From IMG/VR virus record IMGVR_UViG_3300024496_000014: DNA of 64,000 bases. One strand, written 5' to 3'. The notes below the pieces were generated by a model. The model was not told the origin of the DNA and ran no database searches. It was given only the letters and a program-made list of their open reading frames with translations. The translations under genes and the position numbers were made by a program. This document shows positions 20,224-30,176 of the stretch, piece after piece. This stretch comes from an uncultured virus (IMG/VR IMGVR_UViG_3300024496_000014). Lineage: Duplodnaviria > Heunggongvirae > Uroviricota > Caudoviricetes. Positions within the stretch are counted from its first letter, which is position 1. The number at the start of each line of letters is the position of its first letter.

Positions 20224-20550
20224 TTATGGTCCAATAAATACCCAACCAAATGTTGAGCCTGAATAAATCATTGTTACCGCAGCATTGTTAAGGTTTAAAA
20301 CTAAATCTTCTGATAAGTTTTGAATTTTATTACCATTTCTGCCAATGGTTACGTTGTTAGTAGCAAAGTTTCCTGCTACGTCAATAATTTGAATTGTATC
20401 ACCTACTGATGGTGATGCTGGTAAAGTAAGAGTAAAAGCTGTTGATGTTGCATCAGCAAAAATTCTTTCTCCAGAATTCAATGTTGTTGATGAAGTTAAC
20501 GTTCTGTTAGTTACTGCATCTGTTCCGAAGGATGATACCTGTCTTCCCAT
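20224..20550 (-). CDS. Small fibre-repeat structural protein
   Basis: AFTLTLPASPSVGDTIQIID...NNVTIGRNGNKI...GW, a T4 fibre/baseplate-like repeat. Confidence 0.7.
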   Translation of the reverse strand: MGRQVSSFGTDAVTNRTLTSSTTLNSGERIFADATSTAFTLTLPASPSVGDTIQIIDVAGNFATNNVTIGRNGNKIQNLSEDLVLNLNNAAVTMIYSGSTFGWVFIGP

Positions 20551-20570
20551 TTTATGTTATCTCCTAATAA

Positions 20571-20891
20571 TTAAGTTGTAGATGTCTCAATACCAAACGC
20601 ATTCACTGATACGTTTGCATTGCTGGCATAAACAACTAAATTTTTACCAGCATTCATCATAATACCTGTTCTCTCTAGCACACCGTTTGCACCAACTTGC
20701 ACATCATATTCAATGTATTCTGCGTTTGTCGGAGTCGAAGTTGCAGCTAGAGCCATTCTAATACTCACTGCTGTTGTTCCTCTATTCAAAACGTTAATTG
20801 ATAGTACGGTGAAATAACCAGTTGGAACGGTATAGACTACGGTATTGGTAGCTGATGCTAACGCTGATTGTCCTAATAATCCTGTTGCCAT
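20571..20891 (-). CDS. Small beta-rich virion protein (paralogue of 36067 and 40172)
   Basis: VYTVP...VLSINVLN...YIEYDV...GKNLVV pattern. Confidence 0.65.
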   Translation of the reverse strand: MATGLLGQSALASATNTVVYTVPTGYFTVLSINVLNRGTTAVSIRMALAATSTPTNAEYIEYDVQVGANGVLERTGIMMNAGKNLVVYASNANVSVNAFGIETSTT

Positions 20892-20905
20892 TTATAAATT
20901 CTCCA

Positions 20906-23900
20906 TTATTTGTTCAATAAAAAGTAGTTCAATACCAGTGGATCGCCAGCAATACCGCCTTTGAAATTCACCTTAGTATTTATGTTGATTTGAACATTCG
21001 TAGTAGTAGCGATGGTCTGACCAGCTATGTATACAACGCCCGCTGTTAGGGTGTTTACGTTCAAACTAGAACCGCCGCCACCAATTTGGCTTGTTATATA
21101 TGCTTTAATAGCACGTTGAGTTGGAATAACAGAGTCCGAATCTTGTGTAAAGAACGGATCTGTTGAAAATTCAGAAATTGTTGCTCCTGAACCGCCCAAT
21201 GCTACAGAACCCAGCGAAAGTTCGTTCAACCCTGCAATATTAAATGCGTCAGCATTCAATGTTGCAACACCAGTTGATTGCTCAACGTTGAATAATCCAC
21301 CAACTCTAAAGTTACCGTCTTGGTCAGTACTTGTGTAGAACACACGACCGCCTTCTGAGCCAACGGTTTCGTTAGCAGGAACTGGATCTTGTAACGGCAA
21401 GTCTGGGTAATTTGTTTGTGTTTTATTACCTGTTCCCACGTCTAAGAAATCATGTCCTGTTAAACGAACCTGTGAATAACGTCTACGAATTGAAATTGCT
21501 GTTTCATGATCCGGTGCTTCGGCAGCTCCCAATGCTGGACTTAGTTGTAGAGTTGCATTGTAAGTACCGTCAGTATTTGGTATTAATCCAGTTACGGTAA
21601 CTAGTCTATACCAAACATCGTTAATTCCTGCGATCTGAACGTTTGAACCTGCTCTTGGAACATCGGTTAGATTCTTAAATCCAACATATGAACTTACTTG
21701 ATAGTTGTCAGCATATCCGTCGCCTGTTACGGTTGCAGATGCTGCGGTATAACCTGTTCCTCTATTGGTCCAAATTGGTTGACTTAATGCTCCATCTCCT
21801 ACTCTAATTTCGACGGTTGCATCTGATCCTGTGTTATTAGGATCAGTGATAGTCATAGTTGGAGCACTTGAGTAACCACTACCTGGTTCGTGAATCCAAA
21901 TTTCAGTAATTTGGTTATTTGTTACATAAGCTCTGGCTCTAGTCTTGGCGCCAGCAACTACGCCTTGTGCTTTTGGACTTGTTGGAGCAAGTACCATCCA
22001 TTTTGGACTTCCAGAAATACTTCCTAATGCAGATGCTACGTATTCTTTAGCCACTACCGCTGTCATTGTTCCAGATGCCGCTGAAAGAACTAGGGCGGAT
22101 CCGCCTTTAGATGTAGATACTGAGAATTGTGTAGTATTTGTAGATTCAACACTAATTACCCAATAGTATGTGTCATTTCTAACACCACCAAATGTAGTGC
22201 CTGTGAATCTTACACGATCATTTACACTAATATTTGCTGTTGTATCAGATGTTGTTATTAAATTTGTATTCAATACAAAATTAATGCTTGCAGCACCACT
22301 CGATGCTGTAGTTGGAAGTGCTACATTTCTATTATTTCCATAGGCCGCAGCATTCCAGTTACGTGTTGCAGGTAGTGCTGGACCTTCTACCCATGTAATA
22401 CCATCTGTAGAATATGCTGTTCTTGTAGAGTTATAAGCAAAAGCTGTATAAGCTCCGCCACCATAAACAACTCTATACCAACGTGCTGCTGCACCCGGCA
22501 TAGTTGCCGATGTCCATGATGTACCGTTTGATGAGTAAGCAGCCTTAGTTGAAGTTCCATTTGGTCCTCCAGCTACCGTTACAAACTTACCATTGCCATA
22601 AACTACTGAACTCCAGTAGTCTGCACTTGGCAATGTATTACCTGCGGTCCAAGTAATACCGTCTGTAGAATAAGCACTTAATTGGCTAGTTGCTGTAATA
22701 CCTGTTACTACAACATAATATGCTGTTGCTCCTGGCTGACCGTATGCAATACTTGTATATTCTGTTGAGCTAGCACTAATTGTGCCGTTTAACCATGTTA
22801 CCCCATCTGTTGAGTAAGCGGTTCTATTTTGTCCACCGCTAATTGCAACATATTTGCTGCCAGCATAGATCATATCTGACCACTGGCCTTGAGTTGGAAT
22901 AGCGTTAGTAGTTCCTGTCCATGTTACTCCATCTGTAGATGTAGCAAGATGACGTGTATTTGCTATAACAGCAATATACTGATTAGAACCGTTATATGCA
23001 ATTGCTGTATATTCCCATGAACTCGATGGTGTTGCTAGTGTAACAGATGTCCATGTTTCGCCGTCTGTACTTGAAGCAGCATATGGAGTTGCTACGTTAT
23101 CGTGACCAACTGCAACAAATTTGCTGCCTGTCCAGATAACATCTTGCCAATATGCACTTGCAGGCAATGTTCTTGCAGTATATGATCCAGGATTAGTATC
23201 TTTAGCTGTTGTTGAAATTGCTAGGCTAGCATGTGAACCGTCACGTAGTGTCCACGTTACACCATCTTCAGATGTTGCTGCGTAATCACCGTACGATGTT
23301 ACGTAGAATACACCGCCGCCATAGTTAATAGAACTCCACTCATATATTCCTGGAAGTGTGCTGGCTGTCCATGTTGCGCCATCAAATGAGTAAGCTGCAT
23401 TTCCAGAGCTGTCTGAAATTGCCACATAACGTCCGTTACCATAAGCAACGTCAATCCAATTTGATGTAGTTGAGTCATTGTTAGCTGGTAGGCTAGTTGC
23501 TCCAACGGTCCATGTTGATCCATCTGTTGAATAAGCACTTGCTCTGCTGAAGCCGCCACCGATCATAACAAATCTATTATAACCGTATGTAACTGCTACT
23601 GCATCAACGCTCTGTGTTGAAGTTGACCATGAAGTTCCTGTTGTACTTACAGAGTAATAAGCAGAACCAGATGTTCTAGAAACAGCAACAAACTTTTGAT
23701 TACCGTAGGTAACATCTGACCATGAAGCTGATGTTCCTAAACTTGCGCTAGTCCAATTAATACCATCTGTTGAGTATGCAGCACTTGTGCCACCACTTGC
23801 TACTGCTACAAAGTAACTAACTCCTGTGCTAACTTGGCCGTAGGCAATAGCGGTCCATGTTGCAGATGCTGGTAAAGTCATTGCAGTCCATGTTGATCCG

Positions 23901-26900
23901 TCTGCGGAATAAGCACCACTGGCTGTTCCACTAGCTATGGCTACGTATTTTGGTGTTACAGCAGTACCAGATACTGACACGCTTGTAATTCCACCACTTA
24001 CACCGGATACGGTTGACACGGTGATTGTTAAATTATTAGTTGGCGTGGTACCACCTAAACTTGCACCTAAAATTGTAACGGTATCACCAACTGCATATAA
24101 TACACCCGGCGAATTGATAGTTACACTATAAACTCCATTTCTTCTAGAAACATCAAATGTTGCTAGATTTCCTGAACCGCTTGTAGTTCCAGATAGTCCG
24201 GTGTAAGTTGAATAACCATCGCCAAATGCAATGTCTGTCCAGGTAGAACTTGCTGGAAGAGTTGATAATGATTTAGTAAATGCAGGTGCTGTAAATGATA
24301 GTCTTGGAGTAATAACATAAGTTGATGTTAAACTTAGCGAGCTAGCAATTGCAGTTCCTGGAACAACGTGATCCCAACCTGCTGTACCTGTTGATTCTTT
24401 ATAAACGGTAGCTACTTTTGAACCAGCGTTATAAGAATTAATATAACCGTATTGTCCTGCACCTGTACCTGCTGTAATATAAACAGCCATTCCAACGTAT
24501 GCAGAACTTGTTGCTGTATCTGCTGCGGCAAGTGTAATTTGAGTTGTGTTTCCTGCCTGAGCTTGGTTAGAAGCAGTGACATAACCAGTGCCGCCTGTTC
24601 CGGAGCTATCGCCTGGATCAGTTAATCTAACTTGGAACACTCCGTTATCGCGGAATTCTCCCATTCTAGTTGCTGCACTATAGCCTGCACCGGATATTGA
24701 ATACGACCCTGTATGATAATCGCTACCAGCGTTTCCATATTCTAATAATAAAATATTGTTACCGTCAGTAATAACGTTTCTAATATCTGCTTCTGTTGAA
24801 CGGTTATTGATTAAACCGGTAATTGGTGTTTCAGTAACATCAACGCCTTCTGCTACAGCACCATAGTCGCCGTAAGAGTTGTTACCGTTTGTTCCGCGAA
24901 TTTTACCGCCGTTTTCTGCTAGATAGCCAACGTGTGCATAGTAAGTAAAGATCGAAACAAGTTCTGCACGACCTAAGTTAGTTACCCATGCGCCAATTCC
25001 ATCGCTAATAACTTGAGTAAAGTCATTAGACACCATCGAATCAACACCGCCATTGTGTAATGAGCCGTCAATCTTCTGACCAACAGCCGCTGTACCAAAG
25101 GTTGTAACGTTTTGTGTATATGTTGATTTGTTAGTTACCCACACGCGGTCATCGTTTGGTCCCCAACCATAGTCTAGAGAAACATAAGAACCTGCTAATG
25201 GACGTTGTGTACCAAATTCGTTTGCTGGTAATAGGCCTGTTGCGCTTACTGGGTTAGCTCCAGGTGTTGTTCCGTCTGAGCTTCCGTCAAGGCCTAGTAA
25301 TGTTTGATTTCTAACTCCACAACCGTTTCTAACTAGATACATATCTTCTAGTTTTGAACCAGTTAATGCGTTTCTGTAATAACGAGCTGCTAATGCAGAT
25401 TTGTAGTTTCCTGTATATTTTAAATCGTAAGCTAGTGCTTCAACGTAATTTCTAATATCGTTTTGGCAGTAAGAGCTTAGATAGTAGAATGTCATAGTCA
25501 TTGATCCAGAGGCTGCTGATAAATCAAGAGCTCCTGTCAATGATTCTGAAGTACTGATCTTAAATTGTGTTGCACTTATAATGCTATAAATGTAATATGT
25601 TGTTCCTGTTGAAACACCACCAAATGTAGTACCAGTAAATCTTACAGCATCTCCGACTTGCATCCATGCTGTGCTTGAGCAAGTTAGTTTATCATCTGAA
25701 GTTGTTGCTGTTACGGTTGCTTTGTAAGTGTTGTTGATATAAGCTGTTGCTTCTGCGGCTAAAAATTCTTTGTTTAGTAGTAGAATTTCTGCAGCATTTA
25801 ACACATCTAAATCTTTTGTTGGAACATTTGTTCCAGTAACAATTGGAAGTGCTCCTGAATTTGCATATCCGATGATGTTTGAAAGTAAAATTTCTACTTG
25901 AGAAACTGCATCGCCGGCAGCAACTAGCGCAGAACGAACTCCAATAAAGTCAATAATTCTACTAGTTGCTTCTAACTGGCTAGCAAGAACAACACCAGTT
26001 GAAGAAAGGCCTCTTTGATATGCCATTCCGTTTTGAATCGATAAGAAGTTTGATCCAAACATCATATCGTAGCCTAGTGCATCTACAATATACCCAACGT
26101 CTCGTGAACATAATGTTTCGTCAAAGTCTAATGTTGCAAATTCTCTCTTAATATGTTGAACCGCATCAGTTTGAATAGATGTTTTAGCTGCTTGTAATGT
26201 TGTATTAGCGGCAGAAAGTGTTGCACTTACCCATGTTGTTTCTGGGGCAACACTAGATGGTGTTGTGCCAGTATTGATAGTGTCACGTATTTCTGTTAAA
26301 CGTGTTGCTGCATAAGTACCAGCTGTTGAACTTCCTGCTGTGCCTGTTGTATCTTGAGTAGCAGCATTTCCTGTTGTCTTTGTCCAGCTACCTGTATTAC
26401 CTTGTGCAATGTAAGTAATAATTGCAATTAAACGATTTTGCACAGCAATAGCAGCAGTTTTCTCGGATGAAGGTTCAACAAATGTTCCATTACTATAATA
26501 TGAACGTGCAGCAATAACGGTTGCTAGGTTACCACCATACATTAAATCATAATACAATGCTTCAACAATATATCCAATGTCTCTTGTACATGCTGTTTGT
26601 CCAGATACTCCTAAACTAGTCCATAAAGAACTATAGTTTAAAACCATATATGCTGTAACTTCAGCTTGTAAAAATGATTTGTTAGCAAGAATTAATCTTG
26701 CGGCATTGTAATAACCTGAAGTATAACCATAAGTTCCGCCGGTTGGTGTTGGACGAACATAAGAATCTGCATAAGCAAGACCGTTGTTAAGAACATCTTT
26801 AATTTCTCTTGCATTGTTTACAATAGAAAGTGCAGAAGTAGATAGTCTTAATTGTTCTTGAACTTTAGCAAAGATAAAATCTACGGTTGCTAAGGTTGGA

Positions 26901-29900
26901 GCAAGTTGGCTATTTAAAACAACCTGTGTTGATGTGATTCCTCTTCTATATGAACTTGCGGTTTTAATAGACATATAATTAGAACCAAACAAGAAGTCAT
27001 AGTATAATGCATCAATAATATATCCTGTATCTCTCTTACATAGAGTTTCATCATATGATAGAGTTGGGAAATATTCGTTAATATATTCGATTGTTTCTGT
27101 TTGAATATATGATTTTGCAGCAAGAATTTTAGCACCAGCAGTTAACAAACCTGCGGCTGGCCATGTAATATCTGGAGCAACGGTTGTTGGTGCTGTTCCA
27201 GTGTTGATTGTGTCATAAATTTCTTGAACACGAGTCTGTGCAGTTGTCGCTGCACCTGCTGAGCCAGCTGTACCTGAAGTATCTTGTGTAGATGTGTTTC
27301 CTGTAGACTTAGTCCATCCGCCAGTATTACCAGTTGCAATATTGTCAATAATGTCTTTGATTCTATTAACGGTGGCTAATAGTGCTGTTTTTTGACCTGC
27401 TGGTTCTACTAATACTCCGTTACTATAATAAGCACGAGCGGCAATTACGGTTTGTAGATTACCGCCGTATGTTAAATCGTATACAAGAGCGTCTACAATG
27501 TAGCCCATATCACGAGTACATTTTGCTTTATCTCCTGCGCTTAATGCTGTCCAAACAGCATTATAGTTTGTATTCATATATGCTGAAACTTCGTCTTGAA
27601 TAAAAGACTTGTTAGCAAGAATTAAACGAGCCGCATTTAGATAGCCTGCATCTGAAGCATTGTTAGATCCGCCTGTTGGAGTTGGATATACAAATGCTGA
27701 TGCATACGAATCTCCAAGTTCAATTACTTTCTTCATTTCTAAGATATTACTATCTGTGAATAAAGTAGCTGCTCCGGTGCCTGTGCCTGCTCTTTGTCCT
27801 GTTGTATTCTGTGTTTCGCTGTTTCCTGTTGTAGGTGTCACAGCAGTATTTGTAATAATATCATCAACAATAGATTGAATACGTTGAAGAGCTGATATAG
27901 ATTTAGTTTTTTCATTAGCTGAAATTACACTTGGTGATGCTTCAGTTCTTGTTCCACGTAATTCATCTCCAACCACTGCGGTATTTGCAGGTACGATAAT
28001 TGGTAATGTTTCATAATAATGGCCGGTTTTAACAAAAATTGTAAAGTGTGGAATTTCTTCTGCTGGAAGAGAATCTGTATCTCCGGCTGTGATTGCATCT
28101 GTTACTATAGAAACTAAAGACGAAACTAAGTCTGATGCATCGGTTTCGGCTGTATAGTTTGTGTCAATTACCTGTTTAATTCTGTTTCCTACAGAAATAC
28201 CATTCAATGTTTGATAATTTGCAGCAGGTGCAGCATTAGATAAAATGCTATCCATCAAACTTACACCGTAATTAATTGCAGCAACGGTCTGAGCTTCTTG
28301 TCCGCTAATATAGCTTGCGCCTAATGTTGTAAAATAGGCTTGAGCAGCTTCTATAGTTTTACCATTTCCTGTATGAGAAATATCATAGACAATAGCATCT
28401 ACTAATAGACCCATATCTCTTTGGCAAATAGTTTTATCATATGAGAAACCTGACCAAATTCCTGTGCCTGCGGTAATTTGATAATCAACCCATTCAACAA
28501 TTTCTTTCTGAATAAATGTTCTGTTGATAGAAAGTAGATATTTTGCATTTGGGTATTCAGTACCTGCTTCAACTTGTTGAGCAGCATATCTTACACTTGC
28601 CCATGGTTGGTCAATGGTTAGACCAAATGTTGGAGCAGGAGTGTTTGTTCCGTGAGGGGCAACATAATAAACTTTTGATACACGACCAAAGTATGCCCAT
28701 GCTGGATAACCACCATCTACTGAAAGTACCTGACCTTCGTCGCCTATTGGTAATCTTGTTGGGCCAGATCCTGAATAATAAACTAAGTCGCCAGCAGTAG
28801 TAAGTACGCTTTCTTCGTTACCTGCTGTTAATAAATTCCAATAAGTTCCAAGAGTGTCGTTATCTGGACGGCTTGGTGTTGATGCTGTGTGGGCTTGAAC
28901 ACAAATATAAGAATTTGGTCCATACTTAACTGCGTCGCCTAAAATATAAGCCGTTGAAGTTACCCATGTGCTTCTCCACTTGATACCTTCGTTTAATAAA
29001 CTCCAATACGATGCGTTTGGCGGTCTTTGGTTTGAATTATCGGCTGTGGCAACATAGGTAAAACCGCCGTTACGAACAATTTCGCCAACTTTATAAGATG
29101 CACCAGACGACCAATCGCCAGCAAGTCTAAATCCTGTTGTAAACAAATCCCAATCTGTTGAATTAGTTGACGGTGCAAATCCGCCAGCAGATACATGATC
29201 TGTTTTTGCAATATAAGTATTTCCACCGTAGCGAACAATATCGCCGGGTTGATATGTTGTACCTGAAGTCCAATCGCTTTCAAATTCAACACCTTCAACA
29301 AATTGATTCCATTTAGCAACATCGGTTACAAAACTTGCTGCTGCTGTGTGGTCAGTAATACAAATATAAACGCCACCGCCATTTTTAACTAGGTCGTTGA
29401 CCTTGTATCTTGTTGCTGTAGTCCATGCACCTTTGTATTCAACGCCTTGATTAAAATAATCCCACTTGCTTTGATCAGCTTCTAATCCAAGAGCAACGGT
29501 AGCAGCTGATGTATGATATTCGTTACATACATATGTTGTACCGCCGTACTTGATAACATCGCCTAGTTTATATCTAGTAGATGATGTCCATGCACCTTTC
29601 CAATCAAGTCCTTTAGAAAATAAATCCCACTTGCTTTGATCAGCTTCTAATCCAAGAGCATTTGTACCTGCGGCAGTATGTGCGGTGTTACATAGGTAGG
29701 TGTAACCACCGTACTTAACAATATCATTTACTTTATATGTTGTTCCAGCGACCCATGCACTCTTCCAATCAAAACTTTCTGCAAATAAATCCCAATCGCT
29801 TTGATTATCTTCTAATGTCGAATCACTAGTATGTCCATTATTACAAATATAAACATAACCACCGTACTTAACGATGTCGTTTTCTTTGTAAAGTGTTGTT

Positions 29901-30121
29901 GCAGTCCAATCACCTTTCCAAACTTGACCGTCTGCAAACAAATTCCATTTAGTTGGAATATTATCTAAGTCTGTATAGAAATCAGCTGCTGCTGTGTGAC
30001 CGACTACGCAAAGATATGTACGTCCGCCATATGCAATAATGTCGTCTTTATAGTATGTAGTACCGGTTGTCCAGTCATCTTTCCATACAAATCTAATTCT
30101 ACCTAATTTAAACTCTGCCAT
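20906..30121 (-). CDS. Giant modular fibre/virion protein (3071 aa)
   Basis: N-terminal W..TxYKxxDxVxYGGxxYxC repeats (CBM5/12-like); CxRDxGYxxDAL helical repeats; beta-helix-like SMVSNDFTQ region; AYSTDGxTW repeats; C-terminus shared with the 1832-aa paralogue. Confidence 0.85.
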   Translation of the reverse strand: MAEFKLGRIRFVWKDDWTTGTTYYKDDIIAYGGRTYLCVVGHTAAADFYTDLDNIPTKWNLFADGQVWKGDWTATTLYKENDIVKYGGYVYICNNGHTSDSTLEDNQSDWDLFAESFDWKSAWVAGTTYKVNDIVKYGGYTYLCNTAHTAAGTNALGLEADQSKWDLFSKGLDWKGAWTSSTRYKLGDVIKYGGTTYVCNEYHTSAATVALGLEADQSKWDYFNQGVEYKGAWTTATRYKVNDLVKNGGGVYICITDHTAAASFVTDVAKWNQFVEGVEFESDWTSGTTYQPGDIVRYGGNTYIAKTDHVSAGGFAPSTNSTDWDLFTTGFRLAGDWSSGASYKVGEIVRNGGFTYVATADNSNQRPPNASYWSLLNEGIKWRSTWVTSTAYILGDAVKYGPNSYICVQAHTASTPSRPDNDTLGTYWNLLTAGNEESVLTTAGDLVYYSGSGPTRLPIGDEGQVLSVDGGYPAWAYFGRVSKVYYVAPHGTNTPAPTFGLTIDQPWASVRYAAQQVEAGTEYPNAKYLLSINRTFIQKEIVEWVDYQITAGTGIWSGFSYDKTICQRDMGLLVDAIVYDISHTGNGKTIEAAQAYFTTLGASYISGQEAQTVAAINYGVSLMDSILSNAAPAANYQTLNGISVGNRIKQVIDTNYTAETDASDLVSSLVSIVTDAITAGDTDSLPAEEIPHFTIFVKTGHYYETLPIIVPANTAVVGDELRGTRTEASPSVISANEKTKSISALQRIQSIVDDIITNTAVTPTTGNSETQNTTGQRAGTGTGAATLFTDSNILEMKKVIELGDSYASAFVYPTPTGGSNNASDAGYLNAARLILANKSFIQDEVSAYMNTNYNAVWTALSAGDKAKCTRDMGYIVDALVYDLTYGGNLQTVIAARAYYSNGVLVEPAGQKTALLATVNRIKDIIDNIATGNTGGWTKSTGNTSTQDTSGTAGSAGAATTAQTRVQEIYDTINTGTAPTTVAPDITWPAAGLLTAGAKILAAKSYIQTETIEYINEYFPTLSYDETLCKRDTGYIIDALYYDFLFGSNYMSIKTASSYRRGITSTQVVLNSQLAPTLATVDFIFAKVQEQLRLSTSALSIVNNAREIKDVLNNGLAYADSYVRPTPTGGTYGYTSGYYNAARLILANKSFLQAEVTAYMVLNYSSLWTSLGVSGQTACTRDIGYIVEALYYDLMYGGNLATVIAARSYYSNGTFVEPSSEKTAAIAVQNRLIAIITYIAQGNTGSWTKTTGNAATQDTTGTAGSSTAGTYAATRLTEIRDTINTGTTPSSVAPETTWVSATLSAANTTLQAAKTSIQTDAVQHIKREFATLDFDETLCSRDVGYIVDALGYDMMFGSNFLSIQNGMAYQRGLSSTGVVLASQLEATSRIIDFIGVRSALVAAGDAVSQVEILLSNIIGYANSGALPIVTGTNVPTKDLDVLNAAEILLLNKEFLAAEATAYINNTYKATVTATTSDDKLTCSSTAWMQVGDAVRFTGTTFGGVSTGTTYYIYSIISATQFKISTSESLTGALDLSAASGSMTMTFYYLSSYCQNDIRNYVEALAYDLKYTGNYKSALAARYYRNALTGSKLEDMYLVRNGCGVRNQTLLGLDGSSDGTTPGANPVSATGLLPANEFGTQRPLAGSYVSLDYGWGPNDDRVWVTNKSTYTQNVTTFGTAAVGQKIDGSLHNGGVDSMVSNDFTQVISDGIGAWVTNLGRAELVSIFTYYAHVGYLAENGGKIRGTNGNNSYGDYGAVAEGVDVTETPITGLINNRSTEADIRNVITDGNNILLLEYGNAGSDYHTGSYSISGAGYSAATRMGEFRDNGVFQVRLTDPGDSSGTGGTGYVTASNQAQAGNTTQITLAAADTATSSAYVGMAVYITAGTGAGQYGYINSYNAGSKVATVYKESTGTAGWDHVVPGTAIASSLSLTSTYVITPRLSFTAPAFTKSLSTLPASSTWTDIAFGDGYSTYTGLSGTTSGSGNLATFDVSRRNGVYSVTINSPGVLYAVGDTVTILGASLGGTTPTNNLTITVSTVSGVSGGITSVSVSGTAVTPKYVAIASGTASGAYSADGSTWTAMTLPASATWTAIAYGQVSTGVSYFVAVASGGTSAAYSTDGINWTSASLGTSASWSDVTYGNQKFVAVSRTSGSAYYSVSTTGTSWSTSTQSVDAVAVTYGYNRFVMIGGGFSRASAYSTDGSTWTVGATSLPANNDSTTSNWIDVAYGNGRYVAISDSSGNAAYSFDGATWTASTLPGIYEWSSINYGGGVFYVTSYGDYAATSEDGVTWTLRDGSHASLAISTTAKDTNPGSYTARTLPASAYWQDVIWTGSKFVAVGHDNVATPYAASSTDGETWTSVTLATPSSSWEYTAIAYNGSNQYIAVIANTRHLATSTDGVTWTGTTNAIPTQGQWSDMIYAGSKYVAISGGQNRTAYSTDGVTWLNGTISASSTEYTSIAYGQPGATAYYVVVTGITATSQLSAYSTDGITWTAGNTLPSADYWSSVVYGNGKFVTVAGGPNGTSTKAAYSSNGTSWTSATMPGAAARWYRVVYGGGAYTAFAYNSTRTAYSTDGITWVEGPALPATRNWNAAAYGNNRNVALPTTASSGAASINFVLNTNLITTSDTTANISVNDRVRFTGTTFGGVRNDTYYWVISVESTNTTQFSVSTSKGGSALVLSAASGTMTAVVAKEYVASALGSISGSPKWMVLAPTSPKAQGVVAGAKTRARAYVTNNQITEIWIHEPGSGYSSAPTMTITDPNNTGSDATVEIRVGDGALSQPIWTNRGTGYTAASATVTGDGYADNYQVSSYVGFKNLTDVPRAGSNVQIAGINDVWYRLVTVTGLIPNTDGTYNATLQLSPALGAAEAPDHETAISIRRRYSQVRLTGHDFLDVGTGNKTQTNYPDLPLQDPVPANETVGSEGGRVFYTSTDQDGNFRVGGLFNVEQSTGVATLNADAFNIAGLNELSLGSVALGGSGATISEFSTDPFFTQDSDSVIPTQRAIKAYITSQIGGGGSSLNVNTLTAGVVYIAGQTIATTTNVQININTKVNFKGGIAGDPLVLNYFLLNK
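21298..21349. repeat. 52-bp perfect repeat, copy 1 (copy 2 at 30569-30620)
   Basis: caccaactctaaagttaccgtcttggtcagtacttgtgtagaacacacgacc is identical in both fibre paralogues. Confidence 0.9.
29458..29660. repeat. 38-bp perfect direct repeat (29458-29495 and 29623-29660)
   Basis: aatcccacttgctttgatcagcttctaatccaagagca, period 165 nt, encoding ALGLEADQSKWD. Confidence 0.85.
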
Positions 30122-30176
30122 TTATAGCTCCGTTATGCAAGTATTAATATTTATTCAATCCGTAAATGCTAGGTTT

